Notes under the pieces: generated by a model
What the model was told of the DNA's origin: nothing
Database searches by the model: none
What the model saw: only the letters and a program-made list of their open reading frames with translations
DNA from: Takakia lepidozioides
Taxonomy: Eukaryota; Plantae; Bryophyta
Reading direction: 5' to 3'
DNA: 64,000 nucleotides
Assembly (NCBI GenBank): GCA_030704615.1
Contig: CM060731.1
Span: 62,310,001-62,374,000 of the forward strand
Shown here: piece by piece, positions 12,399-24,928 of the stretch
Position numbering within the stretch: position 1 is the stretch's first letter
How the letters are laid out: every line of letters starts with the position of its first letter
Position numbers and translations under genes: made by a program

Positions 12399-13663
12399 CT
12401 AGAGTATGAGTGCCCACCATGCAAGCTTCCCCGTAAGCTTGTCTGACTCCATCAACCACTTGAGTGGCTGGTGATCCGTGACAAGGGTGAAAAGATTGTC
12501 GTATAGATAGCACCTGAAGTGTGCCACGGCCCACACTGCAGCTAAGCACTCTCTCTCATATGAGTTGTACTTAGCCTCTGCAGCGTTGTTCGAGCGGCTA
12601 GCATAAGCCACCACAAACTCTCTTCCCTCATCATCCACCTGTGTGAGCACCGCTCCAAGCCCCAGCATGCTCCAATCCGTATGCAGCTGAAAAGGACGCC
12701 CCCTGATAGGTCGTCTCAGGATAGGCACCGAGGTCAACCTCGCCTTGAGCTCTTGAAAAGCTTGTTCCTGCTCATCTTCCCACTGCCACTCCTGGTCCAC
12801 CTTGGTCAGCTTGGTTAGAGCCTTTGCAATGGTACTAAATCCCTTGACAAACCGTCTATAATAGTTTGCTAACCCCATGAAAGCTCGAACTCGGCTCACA
12901 TCCGTGGGGCGTGGAATTTGTGCAATGGCCTCTACCTTAGTCTGCTGTACCCCCAATCCTCCAGGATATATCATGTGACCCAGATACTCAATCTGGTTGT
13001 GGAAAAACTTGCACTTCCCCGGATGCAACTTCAATCCGTGCGCTCTCAAGCGCTCCAATACCACCTGAAGGTGTCTCTCATGCTCCTCCATCGTAACACT
13101 AAAGATGATGATGTCATCTATGTAGCACCGAGCAAAGTCCACCCCTGCTAGAATCCTATCCATGACTCTTGAAACTCTGCAGGAGCATTCTTAAGCCCAA
13201 ATGGTAAGAACCGCCACTGATATAGGCAATCCTTGCCGTGCTCATTGATCCCCCAGAATGCCGTCTTCTGCTTGTCCGCCTCCTTGATTGGCAACTGGTG
13301 ATATCCGGATCGTAAATCCAAAGTGCTAAAGGCCTTAGCATGCCCGATGGCATCAAAGATCTCCTCTGGTGTTGGCATGGCATACTTATCGGACTTGGTC
13401 TGACGATTTACAGGCCGGTAATCACCGCACATACGTCTCTCCGTCCAATTGCCATAGACATCCTTCTTGGCTGGCATCACTGTGGCTGAAGCATACTCTC
13501 CACCAGAGAGCTCCACCAAACCTGCCTCCCAGAGATCTTGAGTCCTCATCTGAATCAAAGACCTCTCCATGTCACTGTATCTATAGGGTCTCCGAAAGAT
13601 TGGCGTGTCAGTGGCCAACTCAATACGGATCTCTTGACCCTTCAGTGCTCCCAAGTCCTTCAA
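12399..13663 (-). CDS. pol: Reverse transcriptase + RNase H (frameshift ~13160; in-frame stop at 12399-12401)
   Basis: RMCGDYRPVN, LDLRSGYHQ, LPFGLKNAP, CYIDDI, LHTDWS, VTDHQPL. Confidence 0.93.
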
Positions 13664-13822
13664 ACTGAAGGCAAAGCAATTCCTGTAAGCCCTCAGGAAC
13701 CGCCGTATACGTCGTCTCTCTCCTCCGGTGACAATGGGTCCAATGTCAGGCTCCCAATTGTCCTCCGTAACTGCAACCTTAAGTCCAGTGGGCTTAGAGG
13801 TAGAGGACGCGTCCAGTGGTTG

Positions 13823-15556
13823 CTATGTTGCAACCTCTTGAGCAGTACTCCCTGCCTGCTCAGTCAATGACAAGGCCTCATCCTGCCCCATCATCTCATC
13901 CTTGAGGACCTCCTCAACCCGAGAAGAATCCCCAACCTCATCCATCACAGCTGCCTTGGCTGCCAACTCCCTCTGAACCTCGAGCACCTCCCACGTGTGC
14001 CATGGATGCATGCACCCCGTGGTCCTCACATGCTCGCCCCCACTCACTGCCTGTACCGTCTCGGTAGGCAGAGAGACCATTGAGGGAAGTGTACTCCGCA
14101 CTCTGCGTTGCTCAGCCAGAGCCAAGCTGATAATCCAGGTCAAGCAATTGAGATCCATTGCTTGCCCCAACACTTGACGACGTGATGCCTCAGAAAGAGA
14201 CGACACCGCCGTGGTACCAGTGGTAAAACCCATTGCCCGCTCACGCTCGTCAGCATTAGGCTCCACTAACTGCTGCAACTGAGCATCCCATAGGAGGCCA
14301 GGTCCACTATCCCAGAAAGCATGCGATCCTGGGAAGCTGAGCAGTGTAGGTAATGCTGCTCGTGGTTGACCCACCTTGTTGACCACTGCCAAAGGCGAAC
14401 GGTCATCGTGTCTCACACGTTGAGACTGCCTCCCTGTGTCCAGAATGTTATCCACTGTGAGATGTGCTGGCCGCTGCACCCCATCAAATGCACGCTTGAG
14501 CAGTGCGGGTGGCATCAAGTTAGTCCACCATAGCCGTGGACGATGAGCCCGTGACCCCACTGTAGCTGCATCTAGCAACACTGCTGACCCAAGCCACGAC
14601 CGGACTTGATGCACACTGGCCATCACCCTGGCCCAAGAATCGCCCATCAGTGGCACATTCTCCAAGATGTATGCTGGAGATACAGCTTGATGAAGCTGCA
14701 AGTGGCGCAAAACCCGCACCATCTCCCAAAACAGACCCGACCTCGAGTCTCGCAATCCATTGCCATGCCCGGCTGATGAATGCCCTTGGCAGGGCCAACC
14801 TGCCACTACCAGATCAATGGAGCCAACCCGCTCCAAATCCTGCGCCCCCAGCAACGAAATGTCTGCTGGCAAGGCCTGCTGATATCCACGAATTGCAGAC
14901 ACCGACAACAACTCAGGGTACCGCTGCACCAACTGAGCAACATGGCGAAGTGAAACGCGTCGTGCAGTCTCATCCCTCTCCACATACAGGTAACGCCGAA
15001 CTCGTACACCTGCCTGTAACACAGCAGCCAATCCGGTGCTGATCCCGCCAAACAAGTCCAGAAGACAAATGCCTTCATCCGGATACTGCCACACAATAGG
15101 TGTGGTGTCCAATGGAGACAATTGAGGTGGTCCTGGTGCAATCCCCGCACTCTCCTCCTCTCCTAACGGTACAAAAGCCTCCACCCAGGCTTGTTGCACC
15201 CGTCGATCAGCATCCCGCTGCAAATCCTTGCTCGTGCCCCACAATGGAGTCTGAGCAACCATGGTAGGCAACTCCGCCATACCATACATGTCATCCTGCT
15301 CTCCCGGAGGTGGTACATCCTCTGAATGAGCATTGCCCTCAAGCAACTCTCTAGGCCAACTCACTGCCGCTGTGAATGCTGCTAGTGTCGGCATCTTGCC
15401 TCGCTGGGCAACCGCAACTCCTCCTATGAACGTCACAGGGAGCTGCACACGCCGGCCCTCCCCTTGACTGCCATGCAGGCCTATAGGAAGCTGACTCCTC
15501 CCAAAAATCCAGGGTGAAGCCCATGGGGTACAACACTGCCCCACCAACCAGGACAT
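13823..15556 (-). CDS. DNMT3-like C5-cytosine DNA methyltransferase domain embedded in pol (core ~14150-15070)
   Basis: Motif I LLDLFGGISTG, IV AGWPCQGHS, VI YILENV, VIII DAATVGSRAHRPRLWWTNL, IX ERERAMGF, X RRQVLGQAM. Confidence 0.9.
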   Translation of the reverse strand: MSWLVGQCCTPWASPWIFGRSQLPIGLHGSQGEGRRVQLPVTFIGGVAVAQRGKMPTLAAFTAAVSWPRELLEGNAHSEDVPPPGEQDDMYGMAELPTMVAQTPLWGTSKDLQRDADRRVQQAWVEAFVPLGEEESAGIAPGPPQLSPLDTTPIVWQYPDEGICLLDLFGGISTGLAAVLQAGVRVRRYLYVERDETARRVSLRHVAQLVQRYPELLSVSAIRGYQQALPADISLLGAQDLERVGSIDLVVAGWPCQGHSSAGHGNGLRDSRSGLFWEMVRVLRHLQLHQAVSPAYILENVPLMGDSWARVMASVHQVRSWLGSAVLLDAATVGSRAHRPRLWWTNLMPPALLKRAFDGVQRPAHLTVDNILDTGRQSQRVRHDDRSPLAVVNKVGQPRAALPTLLSFPGSHAFWDSGPGLLWDAQLQQLVEPNADERERAMGFTTGTTAVSSLSEASRRQVLGQAMDLNCLTWIISLALAEQRRVRSTLPSMVSLPTETVQAVSGGEHVRTTGCMHPWHTWEVLEVQRELAAKAAVMDEVGDSSRVEEVLKDEMMGQDEALSLTEQAGSTAQEVAT

Positions 15557-15983
15557 CGTATGAGACCGCGTCTGTCACAATGGCCTTGGCTCGCATCACT
15601 GAGCCATCTGTAGGGTGATCCGGCCGTAGTCTGATAGCCAACTCACGCCGTGTCATGCCCCGAGCTTGCTCCGATCCTTCCAGAGACGTCTGTATCTGGA
15701 AAGGACAAGGCTCCATATCCGCCTCCGTGAGGCCCAAGCCTGCAATAGCAGCTCTGCCCAGCATCAGTGGCTGAGCTCCCGAGTCCAACAAGACCCGCAG
15801 TGGCCGGTACCTCTTGCCTGCCGGTCCACTCAAACAAAAAATGCCATCCTGGTTGTCTAACATGACAACTCCAGGTGTCACCATGGCGCGCTCAATGGCT
15901 GGCCTAGCTGGCAGCTCCATCAACCTGGCAGCTGCAGCTTGCCATGGCGCGCTCATGGCTGGCCTAGCTGGCAGCTCCATCAA
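15351..15983 (-). CDS. pol: Aspartic protease segment of element B
   Basis: VLLDSGAQPLMLG ... YDVLVGGAVL. Confidence 0.85.
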   Translation of the reverse strand: MMELPARPAMSAPWQAAAARLMELPARPAIERAMVTPGVVMLDNQDGIFCLSGPAGKRYRPLRVLLDSGAQPLMLGRAAIAGLGLTEADMEPCPFQIQTSLEGSEQARGMTRRELAIRLRPDHPTDGSVMRAKAIVTDAVSYDVLVGGAVLYPMGFTLDFWEESASYRPAWQSRGGPACAAPCDVHRRSCGCPARQDADTSSIHSGSELA

Positions 15984-16138
15984 CCTGGCAGCTGCACTGC
16001 CATGGCGCCGCCGTGGCAGTCTTGACCCTCAAATCCGAGGATCCCTCCGGCACTACACCCCCACTATCTCCGCAGAAGATGAAGTAACCTCCCCACTCTC
16101 ACAGAGTGTAGCTGCCAGCCTGAACACCTCAGCTGGTC

Positions 16139-18040
16139 TTACCCCGACGTCGCAATCATGGTAGCCGAGAACAATGGAGCCTGGCACACAGATGTGGCCG
16201 CTCCTAGCAGCACACTAGCTGCCGTAGCCTTGGCAACACTAGGTAGTGGTGCTACCCGTGTAGCTCTCCCCAATGGCATAGTAACCTCCGCCTCGGTAAC
16301 AGTCGGGCGAGAACTAGGTGCCATGGATGGCGTCGACACTGTCTCCGCCAATGTGAATGACTGAGGAAGCCTAGCCTGACGGCTTGCCTCCCCACGCTGT
16401 GGATCCAACTCCACCTCTGCACCTCGTGGCTCAGGAACTCGTGCTGCTCCTCGAGTCACGGCTGCAGCAGACTCCACCTGCACTAGTGGTAGTGCTGCTC
16501 CACACATGAATCCCATGCCTCCCATATCTCCTCCCTCAGGAGCAGGAGGTGGACCATCCGGCCTTAGAGCCGGTACCACCTGAGCTGTAGCCATGGCAGC
16601 GAGCCTCTGCTCTAGCTGCTGAAGCCGGTTGGCCATGCCTTGGTCAACACCCTGACCTCCGCGTCCTTGGCCATGTTGAGCTTGCCCTTGGCCTGCACCT
16701 CGTGGCTGGCCACCTCGTCCTCTCTGGGCTGCTCCACCTCGCCCCCGGCCACCATTGTTCCCTTGGAACTGGCCTGGGCGCAACTCAGGATGCAAACCAT
16801 AACACTGGGCCTCTCCATGCCCGTGCTTGCCACAATGCCCACACTGCAACTGTGCAGGCTGTGCATGTGCCGTCCTTTGCCTCCCTCTGGGCAATCCTTC
16901 TTGACATGGGTCCTCCACATGTCCAGCACACCACATCCGCCCGTTGTTGGCCAGCAAATGAAGGGAGAGACCCCTGCATCTGAGGTCCTCTCTGCCCTTC
17001 CCTGAGCTTCACATGAGCCCCTTGTTGCCTTGAGCACGTTGAGGTAGTGGTTGGCTAGGAGCACCACTACCCCGTGGTGTCTCCTTAGCAAATCCCCCAT
17101 GACCACTCGTTCGTTCCTCCACCATGTTGAGCTCTATCCGCTCTGCCAGCAAAAACACATTTGTTAAGGTGGGTTGGGCCGCTTGTAGGAGAGTTGCATC
17201 CCGCACCAGCCCTATATCCAGAATTGGACTGCCTGAGCTTCCGTAACCCCTTGGGTTACATTTATCAAGCGCCTCATGCGAGTGAAAGCCTCCCTCAAGC
17301 TCTCGGTCGGCTTCCGTTGGAACTCTTGCAAGCTCCGCAACTTCTCTGTCCTCACCCCTTGGTAGTTCCCTCTCAACTCTTCGAAGAACTCCACAACAGG
17401 GTTGAAGGCAGGCACGGGTACTAGTGCTGGTGCGGTAGTGGCTTGGGTGGACGTCGTAGCTACTGTACCACCAGTCCCACTAGTCCCCTCTGCTACTTGC
17501 TGAAGTTGCCGGTGCAGCGGCAGGTGCAGCCACTGCCCTCGTGGCTCTAGTGCCCCTAGTGATGGAGACATAGTCGGGTGACCAGTACATCCTCCACTCC
17601 TCGATCTCAACCTCATGCCCCCGCCTAAACTCATGGTAATCATCCATAGGCGGCCCCTCAAGGTGCTGAAACAGCCCTTCCATGCCATGAAAGGCGTAAA
17701 TAGTTGTGGATTGCGCATTTGCTGCAAATTCACACCAACTATCAAACTCTTGGATAAAATCATCCAACTCGATGGTGCCCACCGCCCCAGAGTACCTTCG
17801 TGGCCCCTTGGTAGCTCCATACATCTCCTCCATTGTGTCCCACAACAATGGCAAGGAAACAACTTTTACCGCCGGTATGAGTCCTCCTGATTCACAATCC
17901 GAATCAGAACCTTCCGTAGAAGATACAGGAGGTGAAGGTGGCCTAAACCGCACACCTCGTCTCGTGTACCCAGTAGTATCGCTAGTGCTCGAACCGGCAC
18001 TGTCCCCAACAACTAGTGGCACCTCCGTGTTGACACTCAA
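16139..18040 (-). CDS. gag: Gag of element B (several frameshifts)
   Basis: LDDFIQEFDSW, LRSLQEFQRKPTESLREAFTRM; knuckles CWTCGG..HVKKDC (split) and CGHCGKHGHGEAQC. Confidence 0.8.
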
Positions 18041-18709
18041 CCGGTCATGAACATGTCCCTAAACCCCTCTCCACAAGGTAACCGGGTAGAGAACCTGTTG
18101 CGGCTTATGGTTTGGAATACTAAGTTCCTAACATAGCCTACACCTGTACCTGCATCCACCGCAAGCACTCCTATGGTTGGCTGGTCATCACCTCCAACCT
18201 CACCACAGGAGAAACAATGATGGTCTGGCTGGTCATCACCCCAGCCTCACCATCGACAGCATGCTCTAGGACTGGCCGGTGATCAAATCCGGACCAATCA
18301 CCTATAAAAACAAGCGCCCACACAAAACTAGCATGGCGCACAGTCAAGCATGCAAGTATGGAGGGCATCCAAACACAAGAAATCAGAACGACAACTCCCC
18401 CACACCAAAAACAACTCCACGGTGTTGCTCCTGCAAGGACACCCCAGCCCAACCCGGACTGACTCTTGCCTCCACCTACGGAAAGGTCTTGGCCTAATGA
18501 GAGGGTAGAAACTACGGGGAAGAGAAGCTAAAGCAATGCCTAACCCCAGCATGCCCTCATCCCAACACTCTTCATCTCCTCTCTTCCCTCACTTGCATGA
18601 CCATGGGAATATCATGAAGATACTCCTCAAACCGCCCTCCACGAGCTTCAAAATTTGGCCTTCAAGACCACATGCCAGTCCTTAGGCAGTCCACCAGTGC
18701 CTCCACAAG

Positions 18710-19035
18710 TCAGCACAGGCCGTCCACAGGTCAACACGGGCCACCGCAGACCAGCACAGGCCCACACAGCTCACTGGTCACAGCCGTCACAGTCCCACAG
18801 GCCACTAGGCACAGCCTGTCACAGCCCCTCACAGCCCGTCACACAGCTCGCCACAGCCTGTCACAACCCCATCACAGCCCCACAAGCCACAGGCACAGCC
18901 CGCCACAAGCCTGCACATCTCACAGCCCCGCACCCCCTTCACAGCTCGCTACATCCTGTCACAAAGCCCGTCACAGCCCCAAAGGCCTCAGGCTCGGCCT
19001 GTCACAGCCCCTCACAGCCCGTCACAGCCCCATCC
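18710..19035. repeat. CACAGCC/GTCACAGCC-rich degenerate repeat in the leader of element B
   Basis: Many copies of (gt)cacagcc(c), the same word as in family-A LTRs. Confidence 0.7.
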
Positions 19036-20709
19036 ATGGCCGCCCTGGCAGTTTAGCCATTTCTCCAAGGGGTTTAGCCACGCCAAGCTAGGGTTTGTGT
19101 CTCTTGGACTCTAGGCTTCTTTCCACCGAGCTATGGCAGCTGGGAGGAAATTAGCAAGGTATTCTTGTTCTTTCGGCTCCCACACACCACCATAGTAGCC
19201 CTAAGCCATGAGGTGGTTGCCACAAACCAAGCCTTCTTTCTCACTTAGCCTCCCCAAACACGCCACTAAACTCAATGGCAAACAACCAAGCCCTGCTGGT
19301 TCCCAGCCCTTGTGAGCACTCATTCAAGCACTCTCCTTGGCCATATCATCTATCTTAGAGCCTATTCCAGCCCCCTACACCTACTGCTTCAAGAGTTGCG
19401 CTCCCTTCAAGCTTGAAGTTGAAACCCCAACTCACATAGGCCCTACAAGTGCTTTTCTTTCACTCCAAGTGGAAACCAGCCCTAGACCTTCCGTTCTAGC
19501 TCTCTAAAGCTTGAAAATAAGAGCCTCAATGGGCTGAAGGCATGCTCCACACATGCCCCACTCTCAGCATAAGAGAATCAGCTCCTTTCCTTCCTTTCTT
19601 GCACTCCCACACCTAAAAGTGCAAGCCTTCACCAAGCTGATAGCATGCTCCACACATGCAACCTCTTCACACAAGAGGTATCAGCCCCCTATCTTGGCTC
19701 CTTGGCTCCTTGATGCTCTCTAAGACAAGACTAAGCACTCCATAGCCTTTGCCAAGCTCCTGAAACCCTAAGGCTTACATTTCCAGCCACAAGACACTCC
19801 TCTTGTGGTGCAAGAGCTTTTCTTCCAAGCTCTGAAACCCTAGGTGTACATTTCATGGCCTTGCTGCACCTCTTAGCTCTTGTTCCAGCCCTGCTCTTGC
19901 CATGACAAGAGCCCTCTCAATGCTGCATCTCGAGATTGAAACCCAATCTCAACATACTCCACAAAGTGCACTGATTTGCCCCAAGCCAAATCAGCCCTTT
20001 CGCTTGGTCTTGCAATCCTTCACACAATGAAAGCTCGCATTTCCAAGTCCAGTTCTCAGCTTTGCCACCAAAGCCACTATAACCTGCTCTTGACTGGTCC
20101 TCTTCCCAATCGTGCTTGCTCATGCATGTACACAATCTGAAACCATCAAGGTGCTCTGGAATTACCTGCAGCATGGTGCTTTCATCTCTGAAGCTGAAGA
20201 TCGAATGCCAAGGTCTACCACCTCGTAACTCACATCGCCTCCGCTTCTAACAACCAAGAGCTCCACGGTGCTCCTTGCATAACAACTTGGTTTCTCTCAT
20301 TCTCAAGCAAAAACCACAAAGTGCTACAAATAACTCGTATCTGGCACTCACAGATACGAGCTCACCTTTCTCGAGTGATAAAGAAGAAGAAGAAGACATA
20401 CAAGCACAAGCTCATGAGAGCTCACAAAGCTGAAGCATAAACTCATGCATATATAACCTCATCACTCAAATACAAGTCAAGCCAAGTGCACCCCACGCCA
20501 TGGGGAATCCACACTACGGCGCCATAGCTAGGCGCGGTGAGGCTCAACTCGAGAAAGATGAGCCTCCCGCGCTTGCCGTGAAGATAACCACTCCAGGGCC
20601 TAAATCTGCCTTGACCCCTGGATTGACACTTGGGCCAATCCCAAATGTCAATATGTAAAAACTAGCTATTTCCTAGCTAGTTTCACACTAGTGGTAAAAT
20701 AACTTGACA

Positions 20710-21072
20710 ATGGAATCGGCTAGAATTTTGTAGGCTCGGGTGACTCGTATCACCGAAGTCCCGGCCCCGAGGTATGGACGGATTTACACAGTGTTGTCTA
20801 CTGGCTCAGTTCTTCATGGCAAAGAATATCAGGTTACCGTGGGGAATTTCCCTTCGTGCACTTGTCCGGATTTTGTAACGATGCGTGAGGGCGCTCTCGG
20901 CATGAGGGGGAAGTGGGTCCCCTGCAAGCATCAATATTACATATACCTTATAATTATGTGCTGTGACTGTAAGAGAGACCAATTCATTCACCAAGCCACA
21001 CTAGGCTATGGAGAAGTCATCACTCTTCTGCAGCGGGACACCTGCGGTGGGGCTCCGCCAAATTCTCTGTGA
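20710..21072 (+). pseudogene. 3' fragment of a MULE-SWIM transposase, near-identical to 30016-30245 (-)
   Basis: SWIM CTCPDF..WVPCKHQYYIY; direct sequence match to the central copy. Confidence 0.85.
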
Positions 21073-21339
21073 ACACAAACGAGCCACGCCCACTTCCCGT
21101 GCTGGTTTCCAGCTTATCGTGTGGAGTCTTTGCATGTAGGACAAACACATACATTTCGTTCGCGGAACCAGGGCAATTGCACATGTCATTCATTGTAGGC
21201 GTCTTTCTGTGAATTGAAATAAAGTGTGACGATCATTTTGAGCTCAAATCTGCCATATGTTCATATTCCTCTTTTTGTGCAGACATTGCAGACATGGTGC
21301 ATGGTGGCCCCTTTGTTTTGTCCACGTTTGTCCACGGTA

Positions 21340-21959
21340 ATAGACCCTCTTCCTGCAATCCTCGCCTATAGGGCCTGCTTCTCCAGCACATTGATGCCGC
21401 TCATGCTTTGCAGCTACAACGTGAGTTCAGCTCCCAGGCTCACGGGGCTGAGCTCACGCCGTAGCTACGCTACTCCCCACACCTTGGTCGCTTTCCGGCT
21501 CGCAAGCTTGCTCACTAGTTTTTGGTCACCAACGGGCTTGCACCGTTCTTGGGGTTACTACTCCTTATTAATATTTCTGTAGGTGTCCGCAGGGGTTCCA
21601 CAAGTAACTAAGTCCAAATCTGGTGCACCACCACTTTGACCCTCGATCGTCCCTGTGGTGAGCCGCGGTGAGTCTTGGCCCACCCACCACGGCCCCAATG
21701 GACCGTGGTGAGTCCCAAGACTCCCCATGACTCCCACCATAAGGCCTCAGCCTCATGGTGGTAGCGTAGGGAGTCATAGTGGGGGTGGGATAGGACTCAC
21801 CACGCTCATGGAGCCCCCACCACCGCCACCTGGTTTGTGGGGCTCCACCTAGTGAGCGCCACCTTCAGCCCCCTTTCCTGTTTGTTGCCACTGCCCCCAT
21901 CACAGGGGCAGCCCCTCTTGTGTCCCGACCCCCCGCCCTCAAGGCAAAAGACCGCGACA
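21340..21959 (-). repeat. Partial LTR related to 57310-58034 (left limit approximate)
   Basis: Shared CTCACTAGTTTTTGGTCACCAACGGGCTTGCACCGTTCT block; ends CCGCGACA. Confidence 0.7.
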
Positions 21960-23210
21960 TCATAGGTCTCCAAAGCCTCCATCCCACGTCCCTGTTGTGC
22001 ATACCCTGCAAGCATCGCACTCCACGACACCACATCTCGTTCAGCCATAGTGTCAAAAACTCCCTTTGCATCCTCAATGCATTCACATTTGGCATACATG
22101 TCTAGGTCAGGGCAATGTTCAAAATGACATCTGGTGCAATTCCAGCTTTGATCGATGTCACCATAGACCTCTTTCTCCCTTTCCAGGCTTGTACACGCAT
22201 TGCAAACACAAACAAACGTGATGTGGTTGGGCTTCACCCCTTCGCGCATCATTTGCTCACAGGTCTCCAAAGCATTCGTACCACGCCCATGCTTGGTAAT
22301 CCTGCCAACATTATATTCCATGTGATCAAAGATCGTTGAGGCATTATGTGTTGAACACTTAGTGATCATCCATGATGCTCCCCTTAACATACATGTTGAC
22401 AAGGGTGTTGAGTAGAAAAACGTTCAGCGTGAATCCACTTTGGACAATGTGAGCACGTGCACCTGCTTTCTAGCTTCCAAGCCTTTCATCTTGATGCACT
22501 TATGCAAAAGACACACACACGTATCTACATCTGCTGAAATGCCTCCTTGGTTTAAAGTCTGTAGAGCCTCTTTCAGTCTACCTGCCTCATAAAGCATGAT
22601 CTTCACATGCCCATAAGTGCCAGAAGAGGCATTATGGACTCCCTCTCTTTATCCTCTTCCAGAAGCTGCGGTCATGGTTGAGGTGTGGTTAAACTAAACC
22701 TAATTAATTAAGGATTCGCAGCAAACTGTCTTACTGAGCATCAATGCTTGCTCCGCTATAGCTGCCGCTTCCAGCTGACCATCAACCCATGGAGGTTTCT
22801 TGTAGCTTCCACAGGGAACCATAGGTAATATGGAGCTTGAAATCCGACCCTCTTGGAATGATACGGACCCACACTCTATCCTGCTCCTTCAGCTATCACT
22901 GCCTCTGCACAAATCATGCATACATCCTTGCCGTGCTGCCAATGTGATCATCGCACTCCACGACACCAGATCTTGTTGAGCCACAGTCGAACACTACCTT
23001 TGCATCTTCAATGCTTCCGCATTCGGCATACATGTCCACCAAGGCGGTGTTGATCAGAATGACAAACCCTACAATTCCAGTTTTCACAATGTCCCCATGG
23101 ACCTTCCATGTCATTTCTAGGTGGAGACAGATTGTACATATTAAAATATGCAAGCCCCCAAGGCCAGATTTTGTTTGTCTGTTCTTGTGAAACACACGTA
23201 AGCAAATGTG
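21960..23210 (-). pseudogene. PLS-class pentatricopeptide repeat pseudogene fragments
   Basis: DMYAKCECIEDAKGVFDTMAERDVVSWSAMLAGYAQQGRGMEALE; TALVDMYAECGSIEDAKVVFD; frameshifts; truncated by the LTR at 21959. Confidence 0.85.
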
Positions 23211-24928
23211 CCCCCGAATCACGGGTGCAATCAATACGCAGTGGTTCATGGAGTCATTGAGTCGACTTCATATTAACTTTAGTGAATAGAATATGTTTAT
23301 TCCATTAATCAAATTCGGAATGTAAATTTCTAGTCGCATGTGCAGTAATTAGAACCACTTGTATTTTCCGCTTTTTAAAATTTTAAGTATTTATATAATT
23401 AGTCAAATAGCTGCGATTATTGCTACGACTCCGGAGTCATTGACCCAACTTCTATCCGCCGTCTGAAATGCCCCCGTGGGCCTTCATTATCCGTTTCGAC
23501 TCTCTAGTATTCTCGTGTGTTGCTGAGTGGTTCCCGGAGTGGTTGGCGGACATCCAGTCGATTTGGAAAAGACAACCTGGAGAATTTCTACAACCATGCA
23601 AAGCTAGTGCTGGACAAACTACCTCCCCCGCCAGGGGTGCCTAATCAAGTCTCTTCCGGCACCAAGGCAGATGCGCAGGGTAGAGGTCCCAGGCCCCTAG
23701 CTCTGATTGAGCTTCCGCTCACTATCCCTCCAGGCTTCAAGCCCGTGGAAACCACTACTGCCAAATCGTCACTCCAGCTGCTGCTTGAGCCTGCGTTGCC
23801 CACACACACCCACAACGCTCAGTTGACGAGCACTCTCACCATGCATGCCAACACAGCTGATGCCTAAGTCTTCGTCAGGCCGCCGTGGCCAAGTCACTCC
23901 AAGCAGATCACGCCAGCTTGCATCTCTCCCTCTACTGTTCATTCTGCTTCTACCGCTTCTCTCTTTCTCATTACTTACCATAGTCTGTCTGTAATTCTCG
24001 TTTCAAATATGCAATACCATGACTTCTTCTCCACTGCTCATATTCAAAGCACCCACTTACTACCCCCACCCCCCCCCCTCTCTCACCCATCCGATCTACA
24101 ATGTTGCCATCGCGCGCACGGTGGACATACTGTGCCACCCTCAGTCCATACAAAAGCAAACCACGGCCGCTCTTCCACCGCAACACACTACATCCCCTAC
24201 GTTCTAAGCACCTGTTCACTACATAACGTCCATAATAATGCGCAGCTCCCCTGTCGTCGGGACCCCAACATATAAAACTACACTACCAAGCCCCGCCTGT
24301 ACATATCAAACTCCCACATCCTCTGCCATCGCTCCAGAGTGAGGAGCTCCCCGATCCCTGCTCACCCAACCTTGCGTGTCACAATAACCCATCACCCACT
24401 CAACTCCAGCCAGGTGGCCAATGTCCCTATGCGCCACATACCCCCTATGGCTTAGAGGCAAATCTCCACACAACATGCAGAAGTACCTCTGCCGCCGCAC
24501 GATGCGGCCACGCGACGCGACTCGGACAGGCGCCGCCATGTATATAAAAGAAAACTTGTGGATGGGACGTTGGCTATGTCCATAATGGTGCACACATGAC
24601 AAACCGTTATGGTGCGTCCATAATGATGCTCCATAATTGTGCTTCTATAATTAATAGCGGTCATTTTTTTTGGCCCTATATGAAGAGGATCAGCTCCAGA
24701 TTGATGCTCATTTGCAACCGCCATCCAAACTTGGAGTGGAGAAGAAAGTGGGGTGGTGTCGCGAACGTCAGTAAATGTGCTTTCAAGTTAGTGTGGGGGT
24801 GTTGCGTATACAACAGCCTGCAGTTTGCGTTGTGGATTTTTATTGTTTTATGCTATGTTGTTGGACGTTTTAACAATAAGGAGAATAGAAAAAAGGGAGG
24901 AAACAAGAAGAGCAGCGTCGAACATATT

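Larger units (their letters stand above)
10470..20709 (-). mobile_element. Ty3/Gypsy element B: gag-PR-DNMT-RT-RH-INT-PHD; 3' LTR not in view (interrupted by A)
   Basis: Minus-strand domain order; 5' end inferred at TGTCAAG (20709), immediately abutting SWIM-transposase sequence. Confidence 0.85.

Noticed and set aside
21806-21959. C-terminus of the 198-aa PPR ORF
   Set aside because: Read-through into the adjacent LTR, not PPR sequence
23230-23460. TIR pairing with the GACTCCGG/TCATTGAC motifs at ~58130-58170 to define one giant element
   Set aside because: Only short shared words; no extended inverted match or TSD
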